A stretch of DNA of 20,000 bases from Seison nebaliae. Taxonomy: Eukaryota. The stretch is from NCBI GenBank assembly GCA_023231475.1, contig JALJEE010002631.1, positions 52,972-72,971 of the forward strand. Reading direction: 5' to 3'. The position numbers were made by a program, and so were the translations under genes. Positions 10,530-20,000 of the stretch are shown in pieces (positions within the stretch are counted from its first letter, which is position 1; each line of letters begins with the position of its first letter). The notes beneath the pieces were generated by a model. That model was not told the DNA's origin. It ran no database searches and saw nothing but the letters and a program-made list of their open reading frames with translations.

Positions 10530-11295
10530 TTAGAATAAGAAAATAAAAATGTAAAAAAATATGAAAATCAATTGGATATTTGTAGAGGAGAATGTCGTAA
10601 GTGAAGAATTGCATAAATTTCTATTACAGAAACAAATATGTCCACCATTTCTATTCGATTCCCTTTGACAAACACGATTGATACTCATTCTTATGTCGAG
10701 ATCAGAATCACAACCTCGTTTGATACGAAATGAAGGAATGCCTTTGATACCCCTCTCTTTCAATATTTGAACTTCTTCTATCAACATTTTCAAAGGAAGT
10801 TTTCTTCATGAAATCTCTTAAAGAAGGAAAATAAGTTGAACTTGGTTTAAATGCTTGTGCGAATTTAGTGCAGTAATTCATGCAATGTTCAACTGGAACA
10901 TTATTCGTTCGATTAAATGGATCATTACAACCGACGTCATAAAATGAATCACATTTGTAACATTTCATGGGACCTATATGTTAAAAGGTTTATGGACAAA
11001 ATGTTAGAATGAAAATAGTTAAAATTTAAAATGAGAAAAGAAGTTTAAAAGAAACTTACGCCAGTTAATCGCTAGAACGAATGTTATTTATCAAAAAACA
11101 ATTATGACGCGCAATTAGTTGAGAAGAAGCAGATCAGCATGCAATTAAAGAATTATTTGAGCAGTTTGGAAAATATGTCAAACAGAAATTTAAAGAATTA
11201 TTGTTTTGAGTGTAGGTGAAGAGTTAACTTTCCGACGATGCAAATTGATAAAGGTGAATGAGAATCATAAACACGAATGGTAATGATTCCATCAT
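10530..11295 (-). CDS. qvr: Quiver/Sleepless-like Ly6/three-finger GPI-anchored protein, ~152 aa
   Basis: Exons 11295-11229 (signal peptide MMESLPFVFMILIHLYQFASS), putative microexon 11071-11060, 10973-10842, 10777-10530. Contains CYKCDS..CNDPFN..C..YCTK and RGCDSDLDIRMSINRVCQRESNRNGGHICFCNRNLCNSS, followed by a hydrophobic GPI tail; closely follows the sleepless pattern ([24 protein letters not shown]). Confidence 0.85.
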
Positions 11296-11959
11296 TTGAT
11301 AAGGAAACACTTGTTTATTTGTTATGAAATTTCGTTTAATGTAACATCATTGCCATTGTTGCTCTTTCAACAGATCATCATCCAATTCATTGAGTAATTT
11401 CTTGGGAAAGCATTCCTCACTTTTATTCTATTTGAAATGTTCTGTACGAAAATTTATTAATGTTTGCATTGATATTTAATTGAGATGGTTGGGTGCTGAT
11501 AGAAAACAATAAATATCTCTTTCTTTCTTATCATGTATGTAGATTTGAACTCTATCGAGAAGTGGGTATATGAGAACAATTATATTATATAACAACCATC
11601 ATCTCCAACTGAACAAACTGAACAAGTGAAACGAATTTCTATACGATTTATTTTCGTAATTTCTGTTCCGTTTCTCTCTCCAATCCTTGTTCGTCCTCCA
11701 TATTTCTAAAAGATATATGGAATGCATTACTCTCTCCGTTGTTTACGGGTTATGATAGAATGTAATATTATATCATGTGATACATACTACACAATCCGAT
11801 ATTTCTCTTTTTTACGAATAACTGCTATTTCATAGTTTTGTATTTATGTGAAAACTGAAGATTGGTTAGACATATCGATATGTTCGTATACTTCTAATAG
11901 ATGGAAAATGCTTCAGGTAAAAAACTGATAATTTCTATCTTGTTCATATCGTCTTGTTA

Positions 11960-12400
11960 TAAAAGGAAATTATCTGGTTTACTAAATTCAACACACCATA
12001 TAAAACCAAATGAACAACGAATTTTTGAGAATAATAAGAGAGGAACAATTTCCGGAAACTTACCTTTTATGTCATTCATACGAATTGAATGGGAATAATG
12101 TTTGGGAAGCATTTTTTTAAATATTGAATGAAACTTTACCAATAATGCGAATAACTCTTTACCATATATAGGGAATATACGTAATTTTATAATTATCGAT
12201 TTATATATAACCGACCTATGCATATTAGGGATTTGTGTGAAAAATAAATCTGTGAAAAGTTCTTAACAATTCATACAAATTTGCGCACAATAGAAATATT
12301 AAAAATTGAAAAACCAAAAAAAAAACTTTCGTGCAAATTCCAATGAATTTGATGATTAACGATTCGAATGAGCACAATAGGGAGAAAAAATTGAGATAGT
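11960..12400 (-). mobile_element. Possible highly decayed non-LTR retrotransposon fragment (RT thumb / downstream region)
   Basis: Minus-strand IKFIGI (cf. KYLGI) followed ~140 nt later by VIYKSII...IYGKELF (cf. LYKSLI..L.YG.E.W), in different frames. Weak. Confidence 0.3.
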
Positions 12401-12434
12401 TCAACAGTCGAATATCTAAACGAGGAGTAGAATA

Positions 12435-13421
12435 ATGGGCTTCTATAGAACTTATCAGGTTGCTCGTGCACAATGCAGTAGAATTTATAAATCGATAAGA
12501 AGATATGGAACATTAAAAACTCATCGAATAATTTTAAGAAGGAAAGATATTTATGATAAATCCATTCTATTAATATGTGACTTTGGAGTATTGTTGATTG
12601 CGTTGTCACTTGTACTAACGCTCACTTTCGAAATTTCCTATCATATGAAATCGATACATGAATCAGAAATAGAAGAAATTATTAAAATTGACACCAAAGA
12701 AATAACTACAACTGAGGTGCCTATGCCGATTGTGACGGTTAGCACCCCAAAACCGATTACAACCGATCAATCTCACATTTATGAAGCTATTGTTGGTAGA
12801 AGACTTCCTTTCCTCACGAATGAATGTGCCGATAAAAGATTTCCCAGTTATCATACCTCTTGCAAGAATGTTTCGAGCAACTTTATGGAAATTACCGAAT
12901 TAAGTAACGACATTAGAAAACAGATTGTCTACTACCACAATAAAATTAGGAGAACGGTACGAGCATCCAATATGAAACGAATGTATTATGATCTTAATTT
13001 AGAACAAACAGCAGAACGACATGCAGCTCTATGTCAATTCGAAAAAGATCGCCATGAAGAACGTAAAGAACCGTTATATTACGGATTTACTGGACAGAAC
13101 GTCGGAGTTAACATACCTAAACAAGAGAATGATATTCTGTACAAACTGAAAGGTTTTGTTATTGAATCACTCGATTATTATTATGGTTCAGACTCCTATA
13201 AATATGTCTCAAGCTACACTCAAATGATTTATTATGACTCAGATAGAGTGGGCTGCGGTGCTGCATTATGTAAAGATGGTGCAGTATTTGTGACTTGTAA
13301 CTATCATACTTTACAAGATGATATTAGATTTCCTTATAAAATGGGTTCATCTTGTTCAGATTGTCCAAGAAATTGTAATTGTTGGAATGACTTATGTGAT
13401 TGTGGGAGACCTATAGGATAA
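12435..13421 (+). CDS. CAP/SCP/TAPS (CRISP-like) protein with N-terminal transmembrane anchor and Thr/Pro-rich stalk; intronless
   Basis: 328-aa ORF: basic N-terminus, TM segment ILLICDFGVLLIALSLVLTL, then HNKIRR, ASNMKRMYYDLNLE, GQNV, YTQMIY, RVGCG, VTCNY, and PYKMGSSCSDCP...LCDC hinge. Confidence 0.92.
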   Translation: MGFYRTYQVARAQCSRIYKSIRRYGTLKTHRIILRRKDIYDKSILLICDFGVLLIALSLVLTLTFEISYHMKSIHESEIEEIIKIDTKEITTTEVPMPIVTVSTPKPITTDQSHIYEAIVGRRLPFLTNECADKRFPSYHTSCKNVSSNFMEITELSNDIRKQIVYYHNKIRRTVRASNMKRMYYDLNLEQTAERHAALCQFEKDRHEERKEPLYYGFTGQNVGVNIPKQENDILYKLKGFVIESLDYYYGSDSYKYVSSYTQMIYYDSDRVGCGAALCKDGAVFVTCNYHTLQDDIRFPYKMGSSCSDCPRNCNCWNDLCDCGRPIG

Positions 13422-13769
13422 AATATTGTTGTAGCATCAGTATTATCCCAGGTAAATTTAAAATTCATCCCAATTGCAATCCGTTCTACATTACTTTTCT
13501 TAAGGAAAGCCACGCAAAACGACAGCTTTCATCAAACAGAAACAATCCATCAATTTGTCAATTGCACTAAATTAATATTATTTATTGTATAATCCTTTAA
13601 AGATTTTTTAAAATAAGATATCATTCCTTCTTCATAACATAATTTATTGTAAATCTATAATTGCTTTTGATCGATGTTAGATTGATTTTCGATCTCCTTA
13701 ATTTTGGAATTAATGATTTTATTAGATTATGATCTTTGTATGTTAAATTCCAAAATTAGTGATTTAAAT

Positions 13770-13990
13770 CTCCATTATTTTAACTAGACAGCTAGCCACA
13801 CAGATAGGACGGTATGATTCTGGAAAATTTTGATTTGAAGAAGAACTTTTTATAATCTGAACGACTAAGAATGTACAAAAATTGCCGTAGTTCACTTCTC
13901 CCATAAAAGCACTGTTTATGAAGGAGAGAATCAGGTTCAACTCCTGATATAATTGTACTATTTTTGATTCTCTTAAGTTTCAATAAATTA
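13770..13990 (-). mobile_element. Decayed non-LTR (LINE) reverse transcriptase fragment
   Basis: Minus-strand frame reads VVQIIKSSSSNQNFPESYRPICVASCLVKIME (cf. VVPI.K...NYRPISLTS.L.K.ME); preceded across a frameshift by KRIKNSTIISGVEPD (cf. LK..SAPGPDG). Confidence 0.7.
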
Positions 13991-14538
13991 TACACAAAAT
14001 ATTTTTAAAAAAGTTCGTGCAATTTTTCATTGTCGTTTATCTGTCTTTAACACTTTCTTTTAAAATAAATAAAACCAAAACTAAAGTCTGTTCCGCTATA
14101 CAACGTATTTCCACATTTCTTCGTATATTGGAATCAATATTATTTAGAATTACAAAGTGAGGATTTGAAACATTCAGGATATAACTTATTAAGGAGTACA
14201 TTTTATTTATTAGGATTAAGTAATTAGTCGTCCGATTTTTCAGAGAAATTACGATTTCCAAAAGTATGAAACAATCGATTGTGGTCTCAAATGTATCAGT
14301 CGATGTATCAACAGTGAAAAAATTGCTAACTTTTGAAGAATGAAGATTTAGATTTCTCAGAATTATGAAAGCTGAAACGTAATAAATTCGACAAATAGAA
14401 AGGCATTGGATATGTATATATGATAGCTTTATTAGAAAGTAGATACATTATTTTCAATTTACATTGTTGAGATGAAATAATTAAATAAAAAAATTCAAAT
14501 AAAAAACATAAATATCGGAATAATATTTTCATTTGTAA

Positions 14539-15181
14539 TTATTTAATATTTTTTGTTGTCACTCTAGTAGATGAGATGGTAGTTTTACATAATTCTGCTT
14601 CATCGTTCTGAAGAATGATTTCACGAACTTCATCCAAACATTTTCCTAAAAGATTTTGTCCTTTCCATTTCGACTTATCGAGAATGTCAGGATCATTTTG
14701 CGATAAACCAACACCCCAAATTTTATCACCAGGAGATGCTTCAACCAATTCATGATTTTTGGTATCGAGTAATAATTTTTTGATATCTGCATTTTGTGAA
14801 AACTTAAGAAGAATTATTTTTTCTCACATACGTATAAACTTTATTTAAACTTTTGCCAAGAGTGCTGTTTTCATGATACCATATCGTTTCTCCTTCCAAA
14901 CAGTATCATCATAACCTTTCACTAATCTTCCGTGCATTTTGCAACGTCCTGCTGAGTTAGCTTTACATATGTTCTCTGCAGCAACCATGTCCTTAAAGGT
15001 TACTTTTAACATTTAACATTAATTTCTACCATTTAAAAATAGACATCAAACCTGCTTTCATGTACATAAAGTACTGCTCACTGCAAAAAAAATTCGTACC
15101 ATCAATTTGGAATTTTGATGGATAAAAGTTGGAAAATGGAGTAGGACCACCATAGAATGGTAATAATTTTTTATTTGTCAT
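14539..15181 (-). CDS. NADAR (YbiA-like) family N-glycosidase, 181 aa, 3 exons
   Basis: Exons 15181-15052, 15002-14851, 14802-14539 (introns 49 and 48 nt) give FSNFYPSKFQIDG..CSEQYFMYMKA, GRLVKGYDDTVW, AKFSQN, LVEASPGDKIWGVG, WKGQNLLGKCLDEVR, all hallmark NADAR motifs. Confidence 0.93.
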
Positions 15182-15729
15182 ATTTTCTTTAAATCTAATT
15201 TTGAATATTCTACTCAATTTTCAACGGATCATTATTTTTATTCTAATATTATTGCGCAATAATTGTGAAATTAGCATTAGCTAACATTTTTTATGTTTTA
15301 GGACGTCAAAGTTCAACAAATAAGAAATTAATAACAAAAATAACAAACTTTATTTTCCATGTAGTATATTTATTTCGATCCACACATTTTTGTTGTATTT
15401 AAATTGTACAATAATTGTACAATAATAATCACTGTCTTATAGAATAATTCAAGGTCTTTCTAAATATAATAAATTCAGCTTCTTACGTTAAATATTTCTA
15501 ATCAAAGAAGGAAATTTTGTTCTACTGGATTACAATTATGCATACTTAATTATTGAGAATTTGAGTAAATAGTAATTAGAATAATCCCGTATAAATAAAA
15601 ATCCAGTCAAATAAACTATATCGAAAATCAGTTCAATAGTGATATCATGATAAACAAATAAATTATAAAACGAAAGTAATTTCTAATGGCAAAATCTAAT
15701 AATAATAGAATCACCTGACCATAACCTAA

Positions 15730-15920
15730 TAATCTCCGAATGTCATCTTTGACTTTCTACGGCGGATAACTGACATGTCAAAATCCATATGTAGAACTTT
15801 GATCGCTTTAAATTTCCGGAAGACTTAGATCGAAGACTAGATAATTTGGAGACAGTTGGGAGACAGTACGTTTCAATTTTCAACAGACTTTCGATTAATG
15901 AGAAAAGACCGATATGATTT
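15730..15920 (+). mobile_element. Decayed LINE RT fragment (catalytic YADD region)
   Basis: tac-g-gcggataac (Y/ADN, 1-nt insertion) at 15758-15770, then in one frame with two stops: DRFKFPEDLDR...NRLSINEK (cf. LQ.DLD.L..W...N.L.IN..K of CR1/L2-type RTs). Confidence 0.5.
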
Positions 15921-16850
15921 ACCTTCAGATTATTTATATAATCGTTGGAAGTTTAGCAAACATTGTTTGTAATTTTTTTCTTTTTGACGACATTATAAAA
16001 AGTGTTAGCAAAACAGTTAATTTTGATCAGTAATCTTTCACTTCCCAACATTACTTTTTTTCACTGTGCGTTTATATTGATTTTTACCAAAAACATGGAA
16101 ACTACTGAAATAAATCAACTTTATTTCATTTATTTTAATTATTATTAAACAATTCTACATAAGTACCTTTAAAAGGCCAAATTGTTAAATCAAAAATCCA
16201 AAAATGTTAACAGTAAGCGTAAGTTGTTATAAATTTCAAGTTGAACATGAATATAATTTTCAGGTCGTTTAAAACTTTAAGAATTTCAAACACGTTCAAG
16301 AGAATTATTAAACTATTAAATTAACTGATTTTAAAATAAACAAAGATTAGCTTTTACACAAATTATTATACAAGTGATATGAAGATATAAACTCTATATC
16401 TTCAAATGTGAGTCACAGTTCTCTAATAGAGAACTTAATATGTTCATAATACGTTTATAAAATGTTCATTTTCTTTCATTTTTTAAACAAGATATCTTTT
16501 ATACACACTTATAATTCGTTGTAAGCAAGAAGATTATTCTGTTAATACTTCTCAACGAGATAATTGTTTTTTAACTGATTAGTTATAATTTAACAGTTTT
16601 ACATTATATTATGCAATTTGCATTTTTCTCAATTTAGTTGAAAATTTCATAAGAATGCTGAAAAACATAAATTAGAAACAGTGGACAGAACTATAACGAT
16701 TTTAAAATTATTTAAATTTGTTCCCATTTTCGATAAAACGCTCATCTAATTGAATTATTGATCCATATTGAGATATTATGAATCATCTTATGATTACCGC
16801 AATAATTATTAATTATATTATATTATATTTGATTATATTTAAGATTTGTC

Positions 16851-17667
16851 ATGTTTGTTAATGTATGCGATGGTTCTGTAAAGAGATTATTGGAATGTAT
16901 GCAATCTAAGATCACGTTACAACAAAAATTTTTGAAATATATGATATTAGAAAATGGACATCTTTTTATGAAGATGAGAAATGTTATCACGAAAAAAGAA
17001 ATGTCACCCAAATTTTTCACAAGAATTTATCAAACTAAAGTGTTATTGGAACGTCTCCGTAGAACCAAAAAATATCAAACTTATCGATCTATTACAGTGA
17101 CTGATTCACAGATAATGATTCGTTTAATCACTAAAATGATTTATCTTTGGAACTTGATGATTGATTTGGTTGCATCTTGTCGCCAAGTACTTGATTTAAG
17201 TGTTCTAAATAAGCTGTATACTCGGGTTCTTTTTTTATAATTTTTTTATTTAAATTCGTCTTCAGTTTCTAGGTGTTATGGATATTTCCCAAATAGATTG
17301 TTCGAATGATAAAACAATATATTTTCAAACGGAAATCTTTTATTTTTCCATTATATGTGTAATTTCGTTACTTAATATTAATGTGGTAATCGTACGGAGT
17401 GAAATTCACTTGAAGGAACTTTACGATTTGAAGAATAAGGATAGATTAGAAGTAACAATTAAATATTTCAATGAACTTCAAAAAGACGTAAGATATTTAA
17501 CGTTATACAACGATATTACTATTAACACTTTTTCTCCATATTCAATCCTTAAAGAATTTAATGACATTTATCAAAACATAGATAACCAAAAAGAACAAAA
17601 ACAAAGAAGCATCCATAATGACGATACAGATCAAACCCTCTCATCGAAAACAAATAGTTCCAAGTGA
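16851..17667 (+). CDS. Uncharacterised protein, ~258 aa, 2 exons (faint resemblance to NEPRO/RMP64-like N-terminal domain)
   Basis: ORFs 16851-17225 and 17266-17667 join in phase 0 via a 40-nt intron 17226-17265 (gttctt..ttcag). The family guess rests only on KFFTRIYQTKVLLERL and a later hydrophobic helix. An upstream acceptor (aag, 16843) may mean an extra 5' exon. Confidence 0.6.
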
Positions 17668-17799
17668 AACGTTTGAGATGAAAAAAATCTAATCTATCCA
17701 TAATGATTTTTTTTGATTTCTATTGGTCTTTTATTGAGTTAATTATGAATAAAATTATTCGATAAATAACATAAAATAAGTATTTTGATTATAATTAAA

Positions 17800-18950
17800 C
17801 TATATAGATTAAACTCATATAACTCATTTCCAACGTTCTTCTATCCCGAACTTTCCATCTATTTGTCATCTGAAGCTCCTTTAGACTCCCCTTTTCTTCT
17901 TCATTCCCGAAAACATTTTCGCCGATCAGTAAGGAAATGCGTGAGATTGAATTTCGAATCCAAAATCAGTAGAATTTGTTTATCTTCTGGTATGTCCGAT
18001 ATTTGGAAACTGATCACTGGCATCAGGTCGACGATTAATGATTCCAAAATTCCCATTGATTCATTCGCTTCTCATTTCGATTCTTACATGTACGACGAGA
18101 CGATTACTCCCTTCAATATGTCTATGTTTCACGATTTCAATTTCGAATCAATCTCTGTATTCGATGGTTCGAAAGCACATCGACTTGATGGTATTTGCAT
18201 TAAACTCATCCCGCATGTTTTACCAGCGATGATTCTCAGTCTTATCAACCACATTAATTTGGCTCTTCTGAAAGACCAATTTTCCTCCACTTCCTTCTAG
18301 TTCAAAATAATTCCCATTCTTATCGTCCCCGATGTATCTCTCTGTTCGGGATAAAACTGGTTGAGAATCTCATTTTATCTCGTTACCGTAACATTTTTTT
18401 CTTCATCATACCAATTCGGTTATCGTCTTGCCGAGGTACATATCCTCTTCTTTTCCTTCTTCGCTCACTTATATCATGCGTTCAGGAGCAAAATGTCTCG
18501 CTACATCTTCTTTTTCTCGACGCTTCTAAAGCATTTGATTCGATAGATGTATCCTTCGCCTTGAATCATTTGAATCGTCATGGGATGAAAACTCTTTTTC
18601 TCAGATTTCTTTACCATTTTTGTTACGAATCTCTGGGGAGCGTCGTCATTGGAAACGAGAACTGTGATTTTGTTTCCATCAACTCTAGTGATCGTCAAGG
18701 TACCATTCTAGGTCTCTTTGGGGTTAGTCATTGACAGTGTTCTCAGCAATCTAAATGAATCAGGCGACATTTGCATAGGAAACAATCGTTTTCCGCATGT
18801 TATGGCCTATGACATCTTGATCATATCTCGGCCATATGGACAATTATCGGTTTTTCTCTCCCAGAGGGGGGTTTCCATAAACCCTCCAAATACTACATAT
18901 TGTCAACAGGTAGGGTTCTTTCTTCTCAATTCCACTTAAATCCTCAACTA
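17800..18950 (+). pseudogene. Degenerate non-LTR retrotransposon ORF2 (reverse transcriptase), multiple frameshifts and stops
   Basis: Ordered RT motifs: IWKLI, SKAHRLDGI (KSPGPDGI), SYRP..KLVE (~18318), QFGYR, FLDASKAFDSID (18513-18548), RQGTILG (18693), LNESG..IGN, MAYDILII (degenerate YADD). Confidence 0.88.
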
Positions 18951-19500
18951 TCTCTTTCGCCTTGGATCTCATTCGAAACAAATTATACAGATCTTTTTTC
19001 TGTTTCGATATTCTTTAGTTTCGAAGTGGGAAAGGATAAAATGGATGTCTCTGGTTCGATTAGTGTTGCTCGAAATTTTAGAAATTATGTTTTTATTAAA
19101 TTATTATTAAAAATATTATATATATTTAGAAATACAAATTATGCAGATTCTATATAACTTCTAAATCAGAGTTATCTCTTGATCAATTATTTATGTTAAA
19201 ACTGGTTATTCTATTCAATAAATTGATTTTATTTCATTACTTTTCAGCTGCTTGAAATAATTGTAGATGGGATTGAACTTTTTTCGTTTTAAAATAGAAA
19301 TTTTAATTAGTTTCAAACCGATCCAACAGAGCGCACTTTAAACCTATTATAATAAATTCATTATAAAAGGAATGAAATTAACGAATAATTTAAATTTCCC
19401 ATTTAATAATGCGCATGGGCATAAAGTTAAACTTTTCAATTCCATTTTTAATATTATTTTCTTTTCAGAAATTAATCACCCACGCACATATACTATTCCG

Positions 19501-19779
19501 CAGATCCGGCGAAACGACAGTGGGATGACCTTTGCTTCTTGGCGACACTAGGTCATCCCAAAGATGGTAGGTTGTGGTCCAATCATTGGTTATTGATTGT
19601 CTGGATATCTCAATGACAACCATTGAGCGGCTGCCGAGATGGACAGGACCTATAGGGTATCGATGACAACTTTGGCCCAGTTGTCATCATATCTGATCAT
19701 TAGGTCGACCACACCTAGGGGCCCCATCTGACCTAGTGGGCCTGGCACTGGTTCCTCCCGCTTGTATGGTTCGGATCTG
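19501..19779 (+). ncRNA. Candidate structured non-coding RNA element of unknown family (~280 nt)
   Basis: ~51% GC (hand count) in very AT-rich flanks. Ends pair (cagatccgg 19501-09 / tcggatctg 19771-79), with nested complementary segments and several perfect hairpins. G-U pairs favour the + strand. No convincing protein match. Confidence 0.55.
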
Positions 19780-20000
19780 ATAAAGAAATGGGAAATTAAA
19801 TAATTATGGTTAAATCTCGGTGATTCAAAGGTTCAACGAAAAATTCAAAGAAATTTCACTGGGTACCAACGTGCAGTTCGGTTTTCGACTGTCCATCAAT
19901 CAAAGAGAATAAAGGAAAGAAGTTATTTTCATCATTTATTTTCGAATCACCATTTTTTATTTTAACAGATAAAATACCAAGAAAAAACCAAAAGTGTCTC

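Noticed and set aside
14326..14532. 68-aa ORF starting 7 nt after the NADAR stop with a hydrophobic N-terminus
   Set aside because: Hydrophobicity follows from the T-rich 3' UTR; no convincing downstream exon or homology.
19525..19730. Short resemblances to RNase MRP RNA (gccaagaagc on minus; accacacctaggggcc on plus) and hammerhead fragments (gaaac, ctgat)
   Set aside because: The motifs lie on opposite strands or in the wrong order; no P4 pseudoknot or CUGANGA core could be built.
19640..19780. Minus-strand GPLGQMGPLG looked like collagen
   Set aside because: Only three Gly-X-Y triplets, and the frame soon stops. The GC richness is better explained by RNA pairing, although a minus-strand acceptor at 19777 leaves a coding exon possible.
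1..20000. Prokaryotic systems (CRISPR, IS elements, defence operons), tRNA/rRNA, or an alternative genetic code
   Set aside because: No repeat-spacer arrays or recognisable RNA genes; fragmented ORFs are fully explained by spliceosomal introns under the standard code.

Overview
AT-rich, very compact eukaryotic (invertebrate animal) genomic DNA with tiny introns (mostly 40-65 nt), so the six-frame ORFs are exon fragments. Gene models were rebuilt by hand from splice signals and reading-frame phase. Minus strand: 5' part of an unknown gene (<1-352), a divergent Axin (RGS, GSK3-binding, beta-catenin-binding and DIX modules; 870-3732), a 19-exon DUF4795/QRICH2-like gene with many microexons (4992-9423), an intronless pseudo-catalytic trypsin-like gene, a quiver/sleepless-like Ly6 gene and a 3-exon NADAR gene. 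Plus strand: an intronless membrane-anchored CAP/SCP gene and an unknown 2-exon gene. Several decayed non-LTR retrotransposon RT fragments are present. Most striking: (1) about 28 of 30 modelled introns start GTT rather than GTR, and AAG acceptors are frequent; (2) an unexplained ~280-nt, ~51% GC element at 19501-19779 folds into a long rod with a branched head and a competing hairpin (candidate novel ncRNA or switch); (3) Axin has duplicated GSK3-binding-like helices, one in a skippable exon; (4) operon-like ~110-140 nt gene spacing. All homology calls come from motif recognition, not database searches.
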